64,000 bases of DNA, taken from positions 6,696,001 to 6,760,000 of the forward strand of contig OZ249451.1 in NCBI GenBank assembly GCA_965235115.1. The letters are read 5' to 3'. Source of the DNA: Laetmonice hystrix. Taxonomy: Eukaryota. A program made the translations under genes and the position numbers. Below are positions 23,612-36,790 of the stretch, one piece after another (the first letter of the stretch is position 1; the number at the start of each line of letters is the position of its first letter). Under the pieces are notes generated by a model. The model made no database searches. It had not been told where the DNA came from and saw only the letters and a program-made list of their open reading frames with translations.

Positions 23612-25111
23612 ACGTAGTTACCCACAGCCTCACACACCTGCTCTATATCTCCGTGTATGTCTGGGTCCATAGTAAACTCTGGTACGCCTGACGTATAATT
23701 ACACACAGCCTCACACACCTGCTCTATATCTCCGTGCATGTCTGGGTCCATAGTAAACTCTGGTACGTCTGACGTATAATTACACACAGCCTCACACACC
23801 TGCTCTATATCTCCGTGCATGTCTGGGTCCATAGTAAACTCTGGTACGTCTGACGTATAATTACACAGCCTTACACACCTGCTCTATATCTCCGTGTATG
23901 TCTGGGTCCATAGTAAACTCTGGTACGTCTGACGTATAATTACACACCTCACACACCTGCTCTATATCTCCGTGCATGTCTGGGTCCATAGTAAACTCTG
24001 GTACGCCTGACGTATAATTACACACAGCCTCACACACCTGCTCTATATCTCCGTTCATGTATGGGTCCATAGTAAACTCTGGTACGTCTGACGTATAATT
24101 ACACACAGCCTTACACACCTGCTCTATATCTCCGTGTATGTCTGGGTCCATAGTAAACTCTGGTACGTCTGACGTATAATTACACACAGCCTCACACACC
24201 TGGTCTATATCTCCGTGTATGTCCGGGACCATAGTAAACTCTGGTACGTCTGACGTATAATTACACACAGCCTCACACACCTGCTCTATATCTCCGTGCA
24301 TGTCTGGGTCCATAGTAAACTCTGGTACGTCTGACGTATAATTACCCACAGCCTAACACACCTGGTCTATATCTCCGTGTATGTCTGGGTCCATAGTAAA
24401 CTCTGGTACGTCTGACGTATAATTACACACCTCACACACCTGCTCTATATCTCCGTGCATGTCTGGGTCCATAGTAAACTCTGGTACGTCTGACGTATAA
24501 TTACACACAGCCTCACACACCTGCTCTATATCTCCGTGTATGTCTGGGTCCATAGTAAACTCTGGTACGCCTGACGTATAATTACACACAGCCTCACACA
24601 CCTGGTCTATATCTCCGTGTATGTCTGGGTCCATAGTAAACTCTGGTACGTCTGACGTATAATTACACACAGCCTCACACACCTGGTCTATATCTCCGTG
24701 TATGTCTGGGTCCATAGTAAACTCTGGTACGCCTGACGTATAATTACACACAGCCTCACACACCTGCTCTATATCTCCGTGCATGTCTGGGTCCATAGTA
24801 AACTCTGGTACGTCTGACGTATAATTACACACCTCACACACCTGCTCTATATCTCCGTGTATGTCTGGGTCCATAGTAAACTCTGGTACGTCTGACGTAT
24901 AATTACACACAGCCTCACACACCTGGTCTATATCTCCTTGTATGTCTGGGTCCATAGTAAACTCTGGTACGCCTGACGTAATAATTACACACCTCACACA
25001 CCTGGTCTATATCTCCGTGTATGTCTGGGTCCATAGTAAACTCTGGTACGTCTGACGTATAATTACACACAGCCTCACACACCTGCTCTTTATCTCCGTG
25101 TATGTCTGGGT
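23612..25111. repeat. 81-bp tandem array (78-82 bp variants), ~18-19 copies
   Basis: Unit CTGGTACG[T/C]CTGACGTATAATTACACACAGCCTCACACACCTG[C/G]TCTATATCTCCGTG[T/C]ATGTCTGGGTCCATAGTAAACT. The minus frame reads MDPDIHGDIEQVCEAVCNYTSDVPEFT, broken by indels and a stop. Confidence 0.98.
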
Positions 25112-26400
25112 ATAAACTCCACGCCCGTTTCCCCACTATTGATTAATTCAGGAAACCCGAATCCTCTTTTAATTTCATCCTGGGCTGTCCTGATTTTTCT
25201 CCTGTTTATGGTCACGTCAGCCGGTCACATTTACCCTGATATATTCAACACGGTTGGCGGGTGAAGAGAAACTACTAAACCCGACGTATAATTGACACGG
25301 TATCTATGTGAATGAACACGAGACATGTCGCCGCCCCACCTGGCGGCCGGCCTGTTAACCCAATTACATAGTGTCCCAGTCTGCCCAAACAGGTGTGATT
25401 TTGCCGGTCTGCCGAGTTTTAAAGTGGTTGCCGACTTATTTTCTGGTGCACGTCTAAAAAAACGTTAATTAGGTTTGCTTTGCCACTGACGACATCTCTA
25501 ACCAACACGCATGGCACCTTGGTAGCAATAGCCATGACAATTTCCGGGCTACCAGGTAGATCGTGGAGGAAGTAGTTCATGTGTAAATGAGAATGGAACC
25601 ATAGTTTCCAGTCACAATCACATTTACAAATGTACAAGAAAATAGTGCTTGTCGCTCCGAAAGTCCGAACTCAACTTCACTAAATGACTGTATCATCCTA
25701 GATACTCCCCATTCATGTTGATGATAAAAAAATTCCTTTCATGTTTATGATAACAACCAGTTTTTCCCCCCCAATTTCAGTGTGTCGCACGGAAGCTCAG
25801 AAAAAGCCTTTATCCGGCGTTTGAGCGGCCTGGGGCTAGGTTTTTGGTAAACATGTGAATATTTTCCGGCCGGGTTACCTTGAGGGACTGTTGCACGGAG
25901 TGCTGTCATCTAGTACCGATCAGACAGGCTTCCCTTGGCACGCCACACATCCAATCAGTACAACTCCGTTCAGCGTTCCTCGATCCCTGAACCACGTACA
26001 ATAGGGTATGGACGCTCAGGCGGGGAGGCGGGGGGGGGGGGGGGTATTCATTACTTGGAGCAAAAAATAATCTATCCCCTGATTCTGATTCTTATCGTTT
26101 ATGAAGATAAAAATCAGGTAGGCCTATATAAGGTAGTCATCCAAACATATTTAATAACCATTTAACAACCGTTCGTGAAAATATTGATTGTGTTTCACAT
26201 CACTCACATAATAGAACTGATCAATAAAAACATGGGTTAATTAAATCTGCCGTGTTTTGCTGGGTAAATTGAAGATAATTGGAATGGTTTTTTTTAAGTA
26301 CCTGTTTTTGTTCTTTCTCCGGTGTCCATATTGTGCAGATCTTGTAGCAGACCGGCATTGGCATGGTGCGCATTGGGCCTGTCAGCCTTCCTGGCCAAGG

Positions 26401-26442
26401 GTAGTATTAGTAGTAGTAATGATAATAGTAGTAGAAGTAGTA
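26401..26442. repeat. Imperfect (TAG/GTA)n microsatellite
   Basis: GTAGTATTAGTAGTAGTAATGATAATAGTAGTAGAAGTAGTA. Confidence 0.8.
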
Positions 26443-26751
26443 CGGTATCTCAGCGGTGGGGACCGACGGTGGCTGCTGCGCACTTACTCCGGCCTGGCGG
26501 CATGAGGGGGCCGGGGAGGGGGGCGAATTCCGCTGGTATCCACTCCCAGGGTACGCACGGCACGCTGCCTCCACCTGGGACCAGGTATATATACACGGCT
26601 CCTGGGACTCGATCACTTTATAAATATGAGACCACTCCACCCACTCCGGCCTACCTGACCGCTGGCCACCGCCGGGGGAGTGAACCTCTGGAGGTTAGAA
26701 CACTACAACACTACCTCCTCACCAACAGGTTCCTCTAGGTATAGTATCAAC

Positions 26752-26828
26752 TCTATCCAAACATTCTATATCCAAACATTCTATATCCAAACATTCTATA
26801 TCCAAACAACGGCTTCGTTCTATATCCC
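26752..26828. repeat. 13-bp tandem repeat (TATCCAAACATTC-type), ~4 copies plus a partial copy
   Basis: Read directly from the sequence. Confidence 0.9.
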
Positions 26829-27089
26829 AAACTGTTAATGGCGGGAAGGCGTCCACCGTCGTCACTGATGGCCGTAGTTGTGGCTACTCCACTCACAGCC
26901 GTGGTGCTGGTATCATCAGGTGACAGACAGACCAGGTGTGCCTCTCGACTGGTGTCGACCCCTGGGTCTGACCTCAGCCGGCGCTCCACGGGCACCACCT
27001 GAGTCTCCGCCGGGGACGACGGGGGGGGGGGGGTAGAGGCGCTGACCAGGCAGACCAAGCTTCCAACAGATCCAGGCTCCTGCCACGTG

Positions 27090-27340
27090 TGTGTATGTGT
27101 ATCCGTACTGGTACCTGTAACACTGCCCTCAATGCCTTCACTGGTCTCTTGTTGGTGTTAGCCAAGGCCAACCCGAACTCCGCCCTTCTCCTCCTCCATC
27201 AGCAATCCCCGGGTGTTGACAATCAAAGCACCCTCCGGTGTTTCCACGGCCGAGAATCAACGAACCACTTGCCCAGAGAAATCTGATCCGAGTCAGCGGT
27301 GAACCTGCCCCGTACCGGGTGTTATCGTTCAGAAGGCAGT
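27090..27340 (-). mobile_element. Gypsy pol protease-RT linker remnant
   Basis: With one frameshift the minus strand reads TITPGTGQV...EGALIVNTRGLL...VRVGL/ANTNKRPVK. This resembles Gypsy 'LLVARTLV...VPVRLLNPxxxPV'. Confidence 0.3.
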
Positions 27341-27825
27341 CTTTCCCGAAGTGTTAACTCTAGTCGGCACTGACCCGAGCAGAGTGGATCCCCGTTCCTC
27401 AGCTATGGGTCAGATTGCAGCCGCTGCAGACCCTGAGGCAATGCCCTTGGTCTCTCCTACCGTTGGGAGTTCCGTATCGCTGCAGGTGTAGGCCTACAAG
27501 AACTACACCGTATTCCTTCAACACTGGCTAAATAAGACCCCGCCTAACATTCCAAAGGGCGACTCTTGGGAGACATGACCAGAGTATATATACCAGAGAC
27601 ATGGCTGGCCTTGTCCTGCAACTGGGGTGTTAATAGCCCAACTGTCTCTTGTTGTAAGTGTCCGTAAAATGAGGTGTCGTGTGGAGGTGTCAGTCGCCAT
27701 GTGCCAGCCACTCGCTGGCTGACGTGGATACCATGCTGACCGTGTGGCTGTAGCCGATGGAATGGTTCGACCGCTCCATATCTCTGGCCTTCTATATCAG
27801 AGCGCGGCGCACGGCCAACTGCCGC

Positions 27826-27826
<1 letters not shown>

Positions 27827-27899
<73 letters not shown>
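27827..27899. repeat. (GCT)~24 trinucleotide microsatellite
   Basis: Pure CTG/CAG tract read directly from the sequence. Confidence 0.98.
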
Positions 27900-29394
27900 A
27901 TTCCTCCTCCACGTATTGCTAAGCTGCTCACACACCGTCAATCGAGACCCGGGCGTTGGCAGCAGTATCTCCCCTTGTACCTCTGCCCGCTGTCTTGCCC
28001 ACGTCCTCCTCTGAATACACCCTGACCTTGACGGCGGACACCTAAACGTAGCGGTTGTCACGGCTCTCACCACCCGACCTACGTGTAACGGACCCCCTAA
28101 CACGCCCGACCTGCCTACTCATACACTGATCACACCGCTGCCCCCCACTGCTGGCTGGCCGGCCGGTCCGAGCCTCTCTCCCCGCCACATTGTCACACTG
28201 AGCCCCGGTCTCCTCCAGACCTGTCACAGACAGACAACAGCCGCCCGCCGCCCGCCCAGCACCATGCGCTCGCGCCACCTCACGGCACGTTAAACAAACA
28301 ACCCATAAATCACCCGCGTTTTACCGTCACTCGTTTCACGCTCCAAGTCACTCCAATCGAATCCAGTCTTGTACTGCATTTAACATAATTTTTCAATTTG
28401 CCCTGCTACATTTTTACAGCTCATGAGATATAATTTTCCACTGAAGACGGAGAAGAGAGGGGCAACCCCCCCCCCCTCCAACATGAGCCACCTTTTATTA
28501 TCAGCGGCTGATATCTCATGCACCATCCCAATGTAACAAAATAAACAACCTTATTAACAATTCATCCTGTGCCTTTGGCACGACAATGCAACAATTCTGC
28601 CGTTGTCAATTAACGTCTAACATGTTTCCATTGAGCCGGAGCTGGGAGTTGGTGGTGACGTGTGGGCCAAGGGCATGTAGCCAGAGCGCCCGGCGGCAAG
28701 CTTTCATAGTCGGTCCGCCGAACCTAACCCATCATATTTGGGCAGACACGCCACTGGTTCCAAACGACACCCACATCTCACTCTGGCTCGGGCCAGCAAC
28801 AAGTAACCGGCGCCAGCGCTAAATCATTTTCTAATGGAAAACTCAAACACGGGCAAGAAAAAAAAAAGCAGCACACACAAGACTAAAAGTCTTCAACTGA
28901 TTTTATGAATCGCATGACTCGAATGGGAATCGACTTTATGTTAAATAATATGGGCGTGGCATTGCATGCAAGACTTAAACAATCCCCTTGTTTTTAAACT
29001 CCCCCGCTTGGATCACATTTAACTGATGTATATTGTAAGACCACACTTCATTTTTTTAGACGGGGCACTGGGCAAAAATCGTAATGTGAGCCCAACGTAC
29101 GAATTCGCCATCACGAAAAGCCACGGGAGTCATTACAGTTTCTCTCCACCGCCTCCTTTACCTTTTGAGTTTCTTGTGTCGAGTTGATGGATGTATTATA
29201 TTGTCGGTACTACCACAGCGGTGTGTCGAGTTATCCATACTACATTTCACCGGGGGTCCAACACTCCCCTTGCCCCCCCCATCACCGGCCTGAGGTTAGC
29301 TAAATCTTGTCGACTTGGCAGAAAACGCCCGTGTTATCTCTACCAGACAGTTGGCCCCGTCCAATGGCAAGGACAGATACATTAGGATAGGAAC

Positions 29395-29580
29395 TGTGGT
29401 CTCTGTATGTGGTGTCTGTATGTGGTGTCTGTATGTGGTGTCTGTATGTGGTGTCTGTATGTGGTGTCTGTATGTGGTGTCTGTATGTGGTGTCTGTATG
29501 TGGTGTCTGTATGTGGTGTCTGTATGTGGTGTCTGTATGTGGTGTCTGTATGTGGTGTCTGTATGTGGTGTCTGTATGTG
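29395..29580. repeat. 13-bp minisatellite (TGTGGTGTCTGTA), ~14 copies
   Basis: Near-perfect copies; explains ORFs 29315, 29382, 29407 and 29409. Confidence 0.98.
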
Positions 29581-30610
29581 AAACCGGTCACCACTGCAAA
29601 TTCTGTACAGAGGTTTGCCTACTTGTATTTGCAGCCACGCGTCGAGCTGTTTAGATCTGATGGTACACCTAATCTTTCGTGCTTACCTGAAACACATAAA
29701 ATACAGAAACACGTCAGTATTCAGCTAAACTACAAATGTACGCACTGGCTTAGAGAAACTCGTGAAAAACATCCGTAAATATACGTAAGGTGATTCTACT
29801 CGGCGGGATTTACTTGTCTTAATGAACGAGACAGTTTTATGCATCATGCATCTGATCTCTTAACTCTTACTCATAATGATCCTACAATCTTGACATAAAC
29901 CTTTACAACTTTCCACTGAAAATAAATGAATCATGTACTCTTGCTTTCTTTACATCTCATTTCATACGACTTCCCCTTTAACGCTTTAACTGCGACTTAA
30001 TTCCTTGATGCCAACCAGGTGCACTTGAGCAGCGCTGAGGGCCGAGTGATTAAAATGTTCTACGGGCTGTGATAAGACCAAGACCTGTATGGGGATACGT
30101 AAAACATTCCCTTAGCCGGAGGTTCAGTCAAGTCCTCACTCCCATCCCGACCGTCTCTTGACGTAACACACCTGACTCTGAAGTAGCCAGCCATCAACAT
30201 CAACAGACCTCAGTGTAAAACAATCTTCTACACACATTCCGTAGGCGGAGCAAATGGCACCGCTATCTGGGCTAAGTTCAGATCTACACAAACAGACCAG
30301 CCCCCTAGCAACTTACGAACTTTGCCACCTAGGAGATATTGAAGAGGTGCTGAGAAGCAGAGAGACCCGGGCCCGGTTTTTAGTTATTTTACCAATCCTG
30401 AGGCTGGAGTTTAAAAAATATGTGTTATGGTCTCTTATTGGCTGAATTCATTTGGAGGACCAATCAAAAGCTCTGAAACAAGATTTCAGTCTTCAGATTT
30501 GATTCTTAACACTCTGCTTGCAAACTAAAAACCAGGGCCTGGGCCTACCTATATAGGGTACGCAGAGCCTACAACTCGTCTTTTGTAAGGCTGCCTCGAG
30601 GGTACCTATA

Positions 30611-30918
30611 CAGGGTGTCCCCAAAAAAAAGATTCATCAAAATCAGTCAAGTAAATTAAAAATTATGCCAATTCTTGTGGGGCAAAGTATTTGTCTCTTT
30701 TTACAGTGGCCAGTTCTAGCTGTCAGATAATGAGACCTGGTTCATGAACTAGGGTGTGACTTTGCTGCACTAAAAATGGGATAACATTTTATTCGTTTGA
30801 CTGTATTTTGATGAAACAAAGAATGTTTTTCATGTAAGAAGATTCCCCATCAATATCAGGGGGGAAACAGATTCTTAGATTGCCTGGTTTGGCGTGAACA
30901 TTTTTGGGGGACACCTTG
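30611..30918. mobile_element. Tc1/mariner-type MITE (308 bp) with TA target-site duplication
   Basis: TA|CAGGGTGTCCCCAAAAA ... TTTTTGGGGGACACCTTG|TA. Confidence 0.85.
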
Positions 30919-33057
30919 TATATATCCATTGTTAATCTTTACACAACGCGCCTACTAACACAACCATTTGGATCGACAAAAGCATTTCTCCGCATTACCA
31001 GACCCCCCCCTCATATTATTGATATTAACGAGTTGAATCTTCAATTGTATAAGAGTCAACGGGTGAGAGTACGATAACAGCCAACATGGCGGAAAGATCT
31101 CGGCTGCGTGCTCATATACATGTTGTATCACTACCCAAATGAAAAAAGTATTTTTCGCGCACTCGTTATAAGTAAAGAGATGGTGACAGAGAGACTGCCT
31201 TTCATCATTCATTTTTACTGTCCAGTTGCATGTTTGCATGTCATCCTATCCAATATGTAAAGATGAATTTTTAGCCGCTGATTTTGGCTGACTGTTGTCG
31301 CTACAGGCTTAAGCTGAAACAAATGGGAACCTAACAGAATATATTGACATAGCTCTGGCAGCAGCCAAGTCTGCCCGCTTTGGCAATCACAGTGCCTTCA
31401 CATGTGGGCTGTAGCTAAGGAATAGCGCACTGGAAATTGACAATGATGTTCCACGGAAATTGACGCCTCTTGGTGAAGTAGGCGCCGTCCCCAACTGATT
31501 GGGGCGTGCGGCGTCTTTTACCGCTCTTTGTCCCGGTTTGGTCTGAGCAGGCAATTTACTCGTTTCTGTCCCCCTCCATTACTTGCTCGTTATTCCAATA
31601 AAGCCGGTAGGCAGACAACAATTTCTTCACTTTAGCTGGCCTGATGGAACTCTCCTCTCCAATTCGGCGTTTGGGTTTGGGTGAAAACAGATGTTTGTCC
31701 GCCTAGGGCCACTTTGTTACTGGGTAACTCTTGTCTTCTCTTCCATGCCCCCTGCTGAAGTCTCTTCAATCTTCACATCTCCCATCGGACACCCTGCCAA
31801 GTTCGCTTCTCTACCGGGTTGGCAGCATTTAGATTCCGTCATAACCTACACGAGTTTACAATGTGACCACGAGTATCACATTTGTCATCGATCACGGTAA
31901 GTCTAGTATGAATGCTGGCGGTGGTGGGTGAGTGGGCGAGGAGGTTCAGGGTGCTGTCTCAGCGTTCTCTCTCCCGCTTGTATGGATCCATCCATCACTT
32001 GTTCATCTTCTCTCATCACTGACGTCTGTTTCTGACATCACACCATCCCCCCACCCAACCCACCCAGCACTGCTGCCACTATCTACTACCCCTCAGCCGG
32101 CCCGGATCACGCCAAACGTTCAAACCTTCATTCAGTCTCTACTGAACGTCCACACACCATCTCAAACCCATTGCTGTGCTCAGCCATTCCCGTACCTCTC
32201 GACATCAAGCCTATCAGACCCTTTAGTCCACCACAGGTCTGTCTCCCATCCAATTCATGGCTTCTTTTCAACCCTCCTTATCGCCTATTTAAGCCACCTA
32301 AGGACCATAATGGCTGTGTTGCGCATTCGATGTCCCATTGAGCTGTGGTGCAAGGAAGGATATAGACAGCCTGATAGACCGCCTGCCTGCCTATCATCAA
32401 ATACCATTTTCGTAATGGGACAATAGCCGTGGTCAGACCGGGAGGTCGATGTTGAATGGACTCGGCCCTTCGACCTGTGCAAAGTCTGCCGACAAAGGGT
32501 GGGTTCGGGGATGTTCGTGGGTGGATGGGATCAGACCCCGTTTGGACCGGCAGCCGGCATATGGTGCACCGACCCGGCCCCACTTGCTGCAATTGCCTCC
32601 AAGTGCACCAAGGCCCTTTGGCCGGCTGAAATCGGCCCCAACGACTGTCCCTCAATGGCTCTACAATCAGTAGCCTGCCTGCCGCCGCCTCGCCTTTCTC
32701 TCCATTTCCTGCACACTCAATCTTCGGTGAAATGTTTGCCCATTTCGTCTTATAATCTCCTCCACCCACTGTCCAGGTCGGGCACGTTGACTCTGGTTTC
32801 GGTGCCTCGCCTCTCCACCGCACAACGCACGTACTTCTAACAACATACCGCGATGGAAATAGAAAACACTTGAATAAAAGCAGCTCGGTTCAACGACAAT
32901 CCTTCCTTCCAGAACATATAGACAGCATGCTTCCTCCGTCTCCCATTGCCTTCATGATGTATGTTCATGACGATTCGATTCATGGCGGAACAGTTTTTCT
33001 TGAAATATGAGAATATTTTGCTGCCAAGTCATACGATGAAGAATCCAAGTCGATATA

Positions 33058-33318
33058 CCGTATTCGACCTAATAAGCGTACGTGTCCACCCCTGTTTTAT
33101 TGACAAGGACACTTGATTTAAATTGATGTTTGTTCAGTCCCCGGTTGTAGTGTTGGGCCTACACAGGCTATACAGCTACGTCTATTCGCATTAGGCCAAG
33201 GTTAGGCTAGCCAGGTGCCCTGACTGTTCCCGTATCGTTTTGAGAAGTACACTTGGGTGAACCATAATCACACATTATGGAATTTAAGCGTACTGCACGC
33301 TTATTAGGTTGAATGCGA
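33058..33318. mobile_element. pogo/Tc1-like MITE with a decayed right end
   Basis: TA|CCGTATTCGACCTAATAAGCGTAC on the left and GCACGCTTATTAGGTTGAATGCG on the right form an imperfect TIR pair. Confidence 0.6.
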
Positions 33319-35816
33319 ATTATGAAACTGAATCTCACCTGATCTAAAAAGTACCTTTCCCGTCTATCCCCCTACAACAAACTTGAAGACACGTACATAT
33401 CGGAATAACGTTCATGTGTCACGCTATCTTTCGCCTTTTGAATATAAAACTTCAGAGTTTCTTCTTAGGAATCACTTTCAAGACTCTTTATTACATGTAT
33501 TTTTTCCTCTTCAATTAAAGTAACTGCAACGGAAAGCTTCGACCTTTACTTTTTACTCACTGACACATACCCTATACCATTCTCCCCATAGCGCCCTCAC
33601 TGAAACAAAACGCTCTCTATCGACTGCTACGATCCACACCTCCTACCTGACGTCACATTGTAAGTAAAGACAAAGACCAGAGTACAGACAATGTTCTGAC
33701 TGGCTGGATAGGGTACCCTTAAACTCTACCTGACAGGTAGGAAGGCAATGCCAGTCAACACCAGCGGTCTCTGTGGACGGGCAGGCCGGGTGCCGACGGG
33801 GCCGACATTTATCAGTTCACTTGGCCCGTCGGCCGATCCTCCCTGGGGCTGTCAGCAATGGTTACGGGGCGGTCGGGCTGACTGGGGGGTCGGCTCCGGA
33901 GGTTTACCAGACGGCACCCACGCCCCCTGAGGACCCCACTCCCATGTTACCTGTCCACCTTCATTGCTTATCAACCTGCTACACTGTTCGTTACCTGGAT
34001 CTCCCGGCCAGCATGACCTAGACCCCCCAGGGAGACTGGCTGACCCCTTTATCTCATCGTTGTACAGTATACGGCAGCCTCAAGGTCCTTACATACTCCC
34101 ATCAGTTACAGGACCGGCAGGAGCTCCCTCATCGAGATGATGCTTCTAGCCGCAGTACTTCAGTTGATAGGCGTTTTGTTTCTTTATTTCGATTGATTAG
34201 CTATTCAGGCCGTAGCAGCCAGCTCATCTTACTGAATGAACTAAATCATGGTAATTACACCTTATCTTGCGAACTACTTAGTTCCATGAAGCACCATATC
34301 CTAATTCTACCTTATCTTGCAAACTACTTAACTGGCGCCTACACTTATTATTATCTTCATGCAGGCAACTTCCCAGAAACTAAGATTTGATTATAAGAAA
34401 CAAATGCAGATGTATATACATGCATTATCATATTAAAACGTATACACTGTACATAAAGATATCATGATTAGATACCAATGTCATCTCAACCTGAAAAACT
34501 GAATACGAATTTTTTTTTTCTGAAATAATTACAATAACAAGAATAAGTACCAGTTGTGATTGCCTGCGCACAGCCCTGCCGCATGCTTCAGGTATTTTAA
34601 CATACCAAATCTCCACACGAAACTGCTGGCCCCTGAGTTGACATTTCTTGTATTCTAATTCCAGAAATATGATAGCGTTCTACACGAAACTGGCCGGGCG
34701 GGGTTGCTATAATTTCTGCACATTTCCACGCGGGACTTACCATGATAGAGTCCTCTACGAACTTTCTTTTAGTTACAAAACCTTTGTGCTTTCAAGGGCC
34801 GACTTTGAAACAAGACTCCTGAGATACACAAGAGGAAAGGGAGCGCTCTGTCCCCAAAAAAACAAAACCAAAAAAAAAAACCCCACATAACTCCGTGCTT
34901 TATGTGATGTGACAAGGCCCTGTATAGTCCTCTATACGGCATATAAAGGGTGCAAAATTCTACGCTATCACTGTCTCGGTGAACATGTTTAAAAACCCCA
35001 GCAGACAGTAATCGCTTGCCTCGGTTTCTACGTTTCTGCTGAGAAAGCAAGAAAGAAAAGCAGGTATAGGGAGCTGTTGATAACCTTCCTCGAGTATTCA
35101 ATAACAGGCCTGCTGATTGGCTGGGGTCTAAAACTGATGCTGGGTCCTCGCTGCGACTTTGGCCACAATGTCGGCCGCTACCAAATTGAAGGCAGCAGTG
35201 TTTACACCAGATGGCCTAAGTAGACACATTCACTTGAGCCAGAAACGTTTTCTCTGGCTAGATATAACGTAAAACAGGGCCATTTCTATCCTGTCTGCTC
35301 CGCCTCTATATCGTCTAGTGTACAGTGTGGTATTTGTATGGGTTTTCTGGGTTGCCCGTCCCTCTGGACCAATTCTGTCATAGCCTACCGGAACCAGAAC
35401 ATCAGACAAAGCCTACAATATTTATCATCTTTTCCTTCCGTCAGGATCTAGAGCTGATATCCGTACCATTGGTTCTCTATTTTAAGATATGGACCACACT
35501 GGTACAGACTGAGTTATCACACTACAAAGCTTGCCAGGAAGGCGACTACTGTACCCCTACCATTCTAGTCAAATTGAGACAAAGTTGATACAATATTTGT
35601 ACACTGATCGAGATATTTTTCTATAATTTCTTGGACTTAATTAGTTTTTACCTTGTTGTACTGAAGGCCCATTTGGAATTAAATCTGTCTGTATCCCTAA
35701 AGGTTATCTACGGCTCCAACCTCAAACCACTGAGTCAGTGCCTTCTTTTTATTTCAGATCTCTTCATTAGCGCGTATTAATTTTGCGCAGTTTCTCGAAT
35801 CAAGTAATGTGAATCA

Positions 35817-35859
35817 GAAAAAAAACAAGAAAGAAAGAAAGAAAAAGAAAGAAAGAAAA
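35817..35859. repeat. (AAAG)n microsatellite
   Basis: Read directly from the sequence. Confidence 0.9.
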
Positions 35860-36769
35860 GGACTAATAATTGCAGAGTCCAATGTGAAAGACATTATTCA
35901 TATGGGAAGGTTTTTCTCGTTCATAGAATTTTGATTAAAGAATTTTTATTACATAAAATAATCTCCGGCATTCACCGGAGGAATTCAGCGAGCCAGGCCA
36001 AATACTTTTTTCCCCCTGCCGCTCGCATCCCAAAATACGTGCACAAAAAGGTGCTGACTTCTGAATTTAGCTGGAAGTTTTTAAAAAAGAAGTAGAAAAC
36101 TATAAACAGTCCCTATGTGCTTGGTTGGCGCGTCTCTGACATTACCAGCATGTGCAGCTGGAATAAACTATCTACAAATCCTTAAATTCCAGAAATATTT
36201 AACACGGGTAAACTACCCCTCTCTCTCTGCCCCTTTTCACGCTCATTTACCAGGACAGCCAATGCTACCGCCCTGCACACACTGAGCCGGAGAAGCTGTA
36301 GTTTGAGGTGAAATCCCAAGTGTGCGCAGTTCCGGAGTCGGTGGCCGCAAAGGTTTGGCATGATGGATTGGCCATCGTGAGCTTCCAATCAAATATCGCT
36401 CAATGAAACCCAACCTGTGCTCAATGAAGCCAAACTGGAAAACTCTCGTTCCCTCCTCAGGTACAAACTATTAATACATCAATCACTGCTACCTGTCGCC
36501 TACCCAAAAATAACTCCCTCACCCCACCCCAGGCCGCGCTGGGAATAACGTGGGGGAAAAAGAGATTGTGTTTGGTATAGAAAGTCCGGATATGATATGA
36601 CTTAGTGAAAATAGAGCGTACGACTACTGTCGCCAATTAACATCTCAGACTTTGGTGAGAACAGACTAGATCAGGGTTATATTTTAAAACTATGCATCCA
36701 TAGAACACTGGACTCACACCACAGACATCAAACAGAGTATTCGACCAGGAAGCACGAATGCCTGAAAAC

Positions 36770-36790
36770 ATGGCGACGCCGGGGGTTTTG
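36770..36790 (+). CDS. Possible first coding exon (MATPGVL) ending at a GTGAG donor
   Basis: AAAACATGGCGACGCCGGGGGTTTTG|GTGAGG. Good Kozak/YY1-like context, but no convincing downstream + exon was found. Confidence 0.2.

Noticed and set aside
18999-25111. Long arrays as CRISPR-like repeat-spacer loci
   Set aside because: The units are contiguous and near-identical with no unique spacers. There are no cas genes and the context is eukaryotic.
32278-32823. 181-aa minus ORF with PAKG..C..CTIC, gag zinc-knuckle-like
   Set aside because: It lacks CCHC spacing and no pol or LTR is adjacent.
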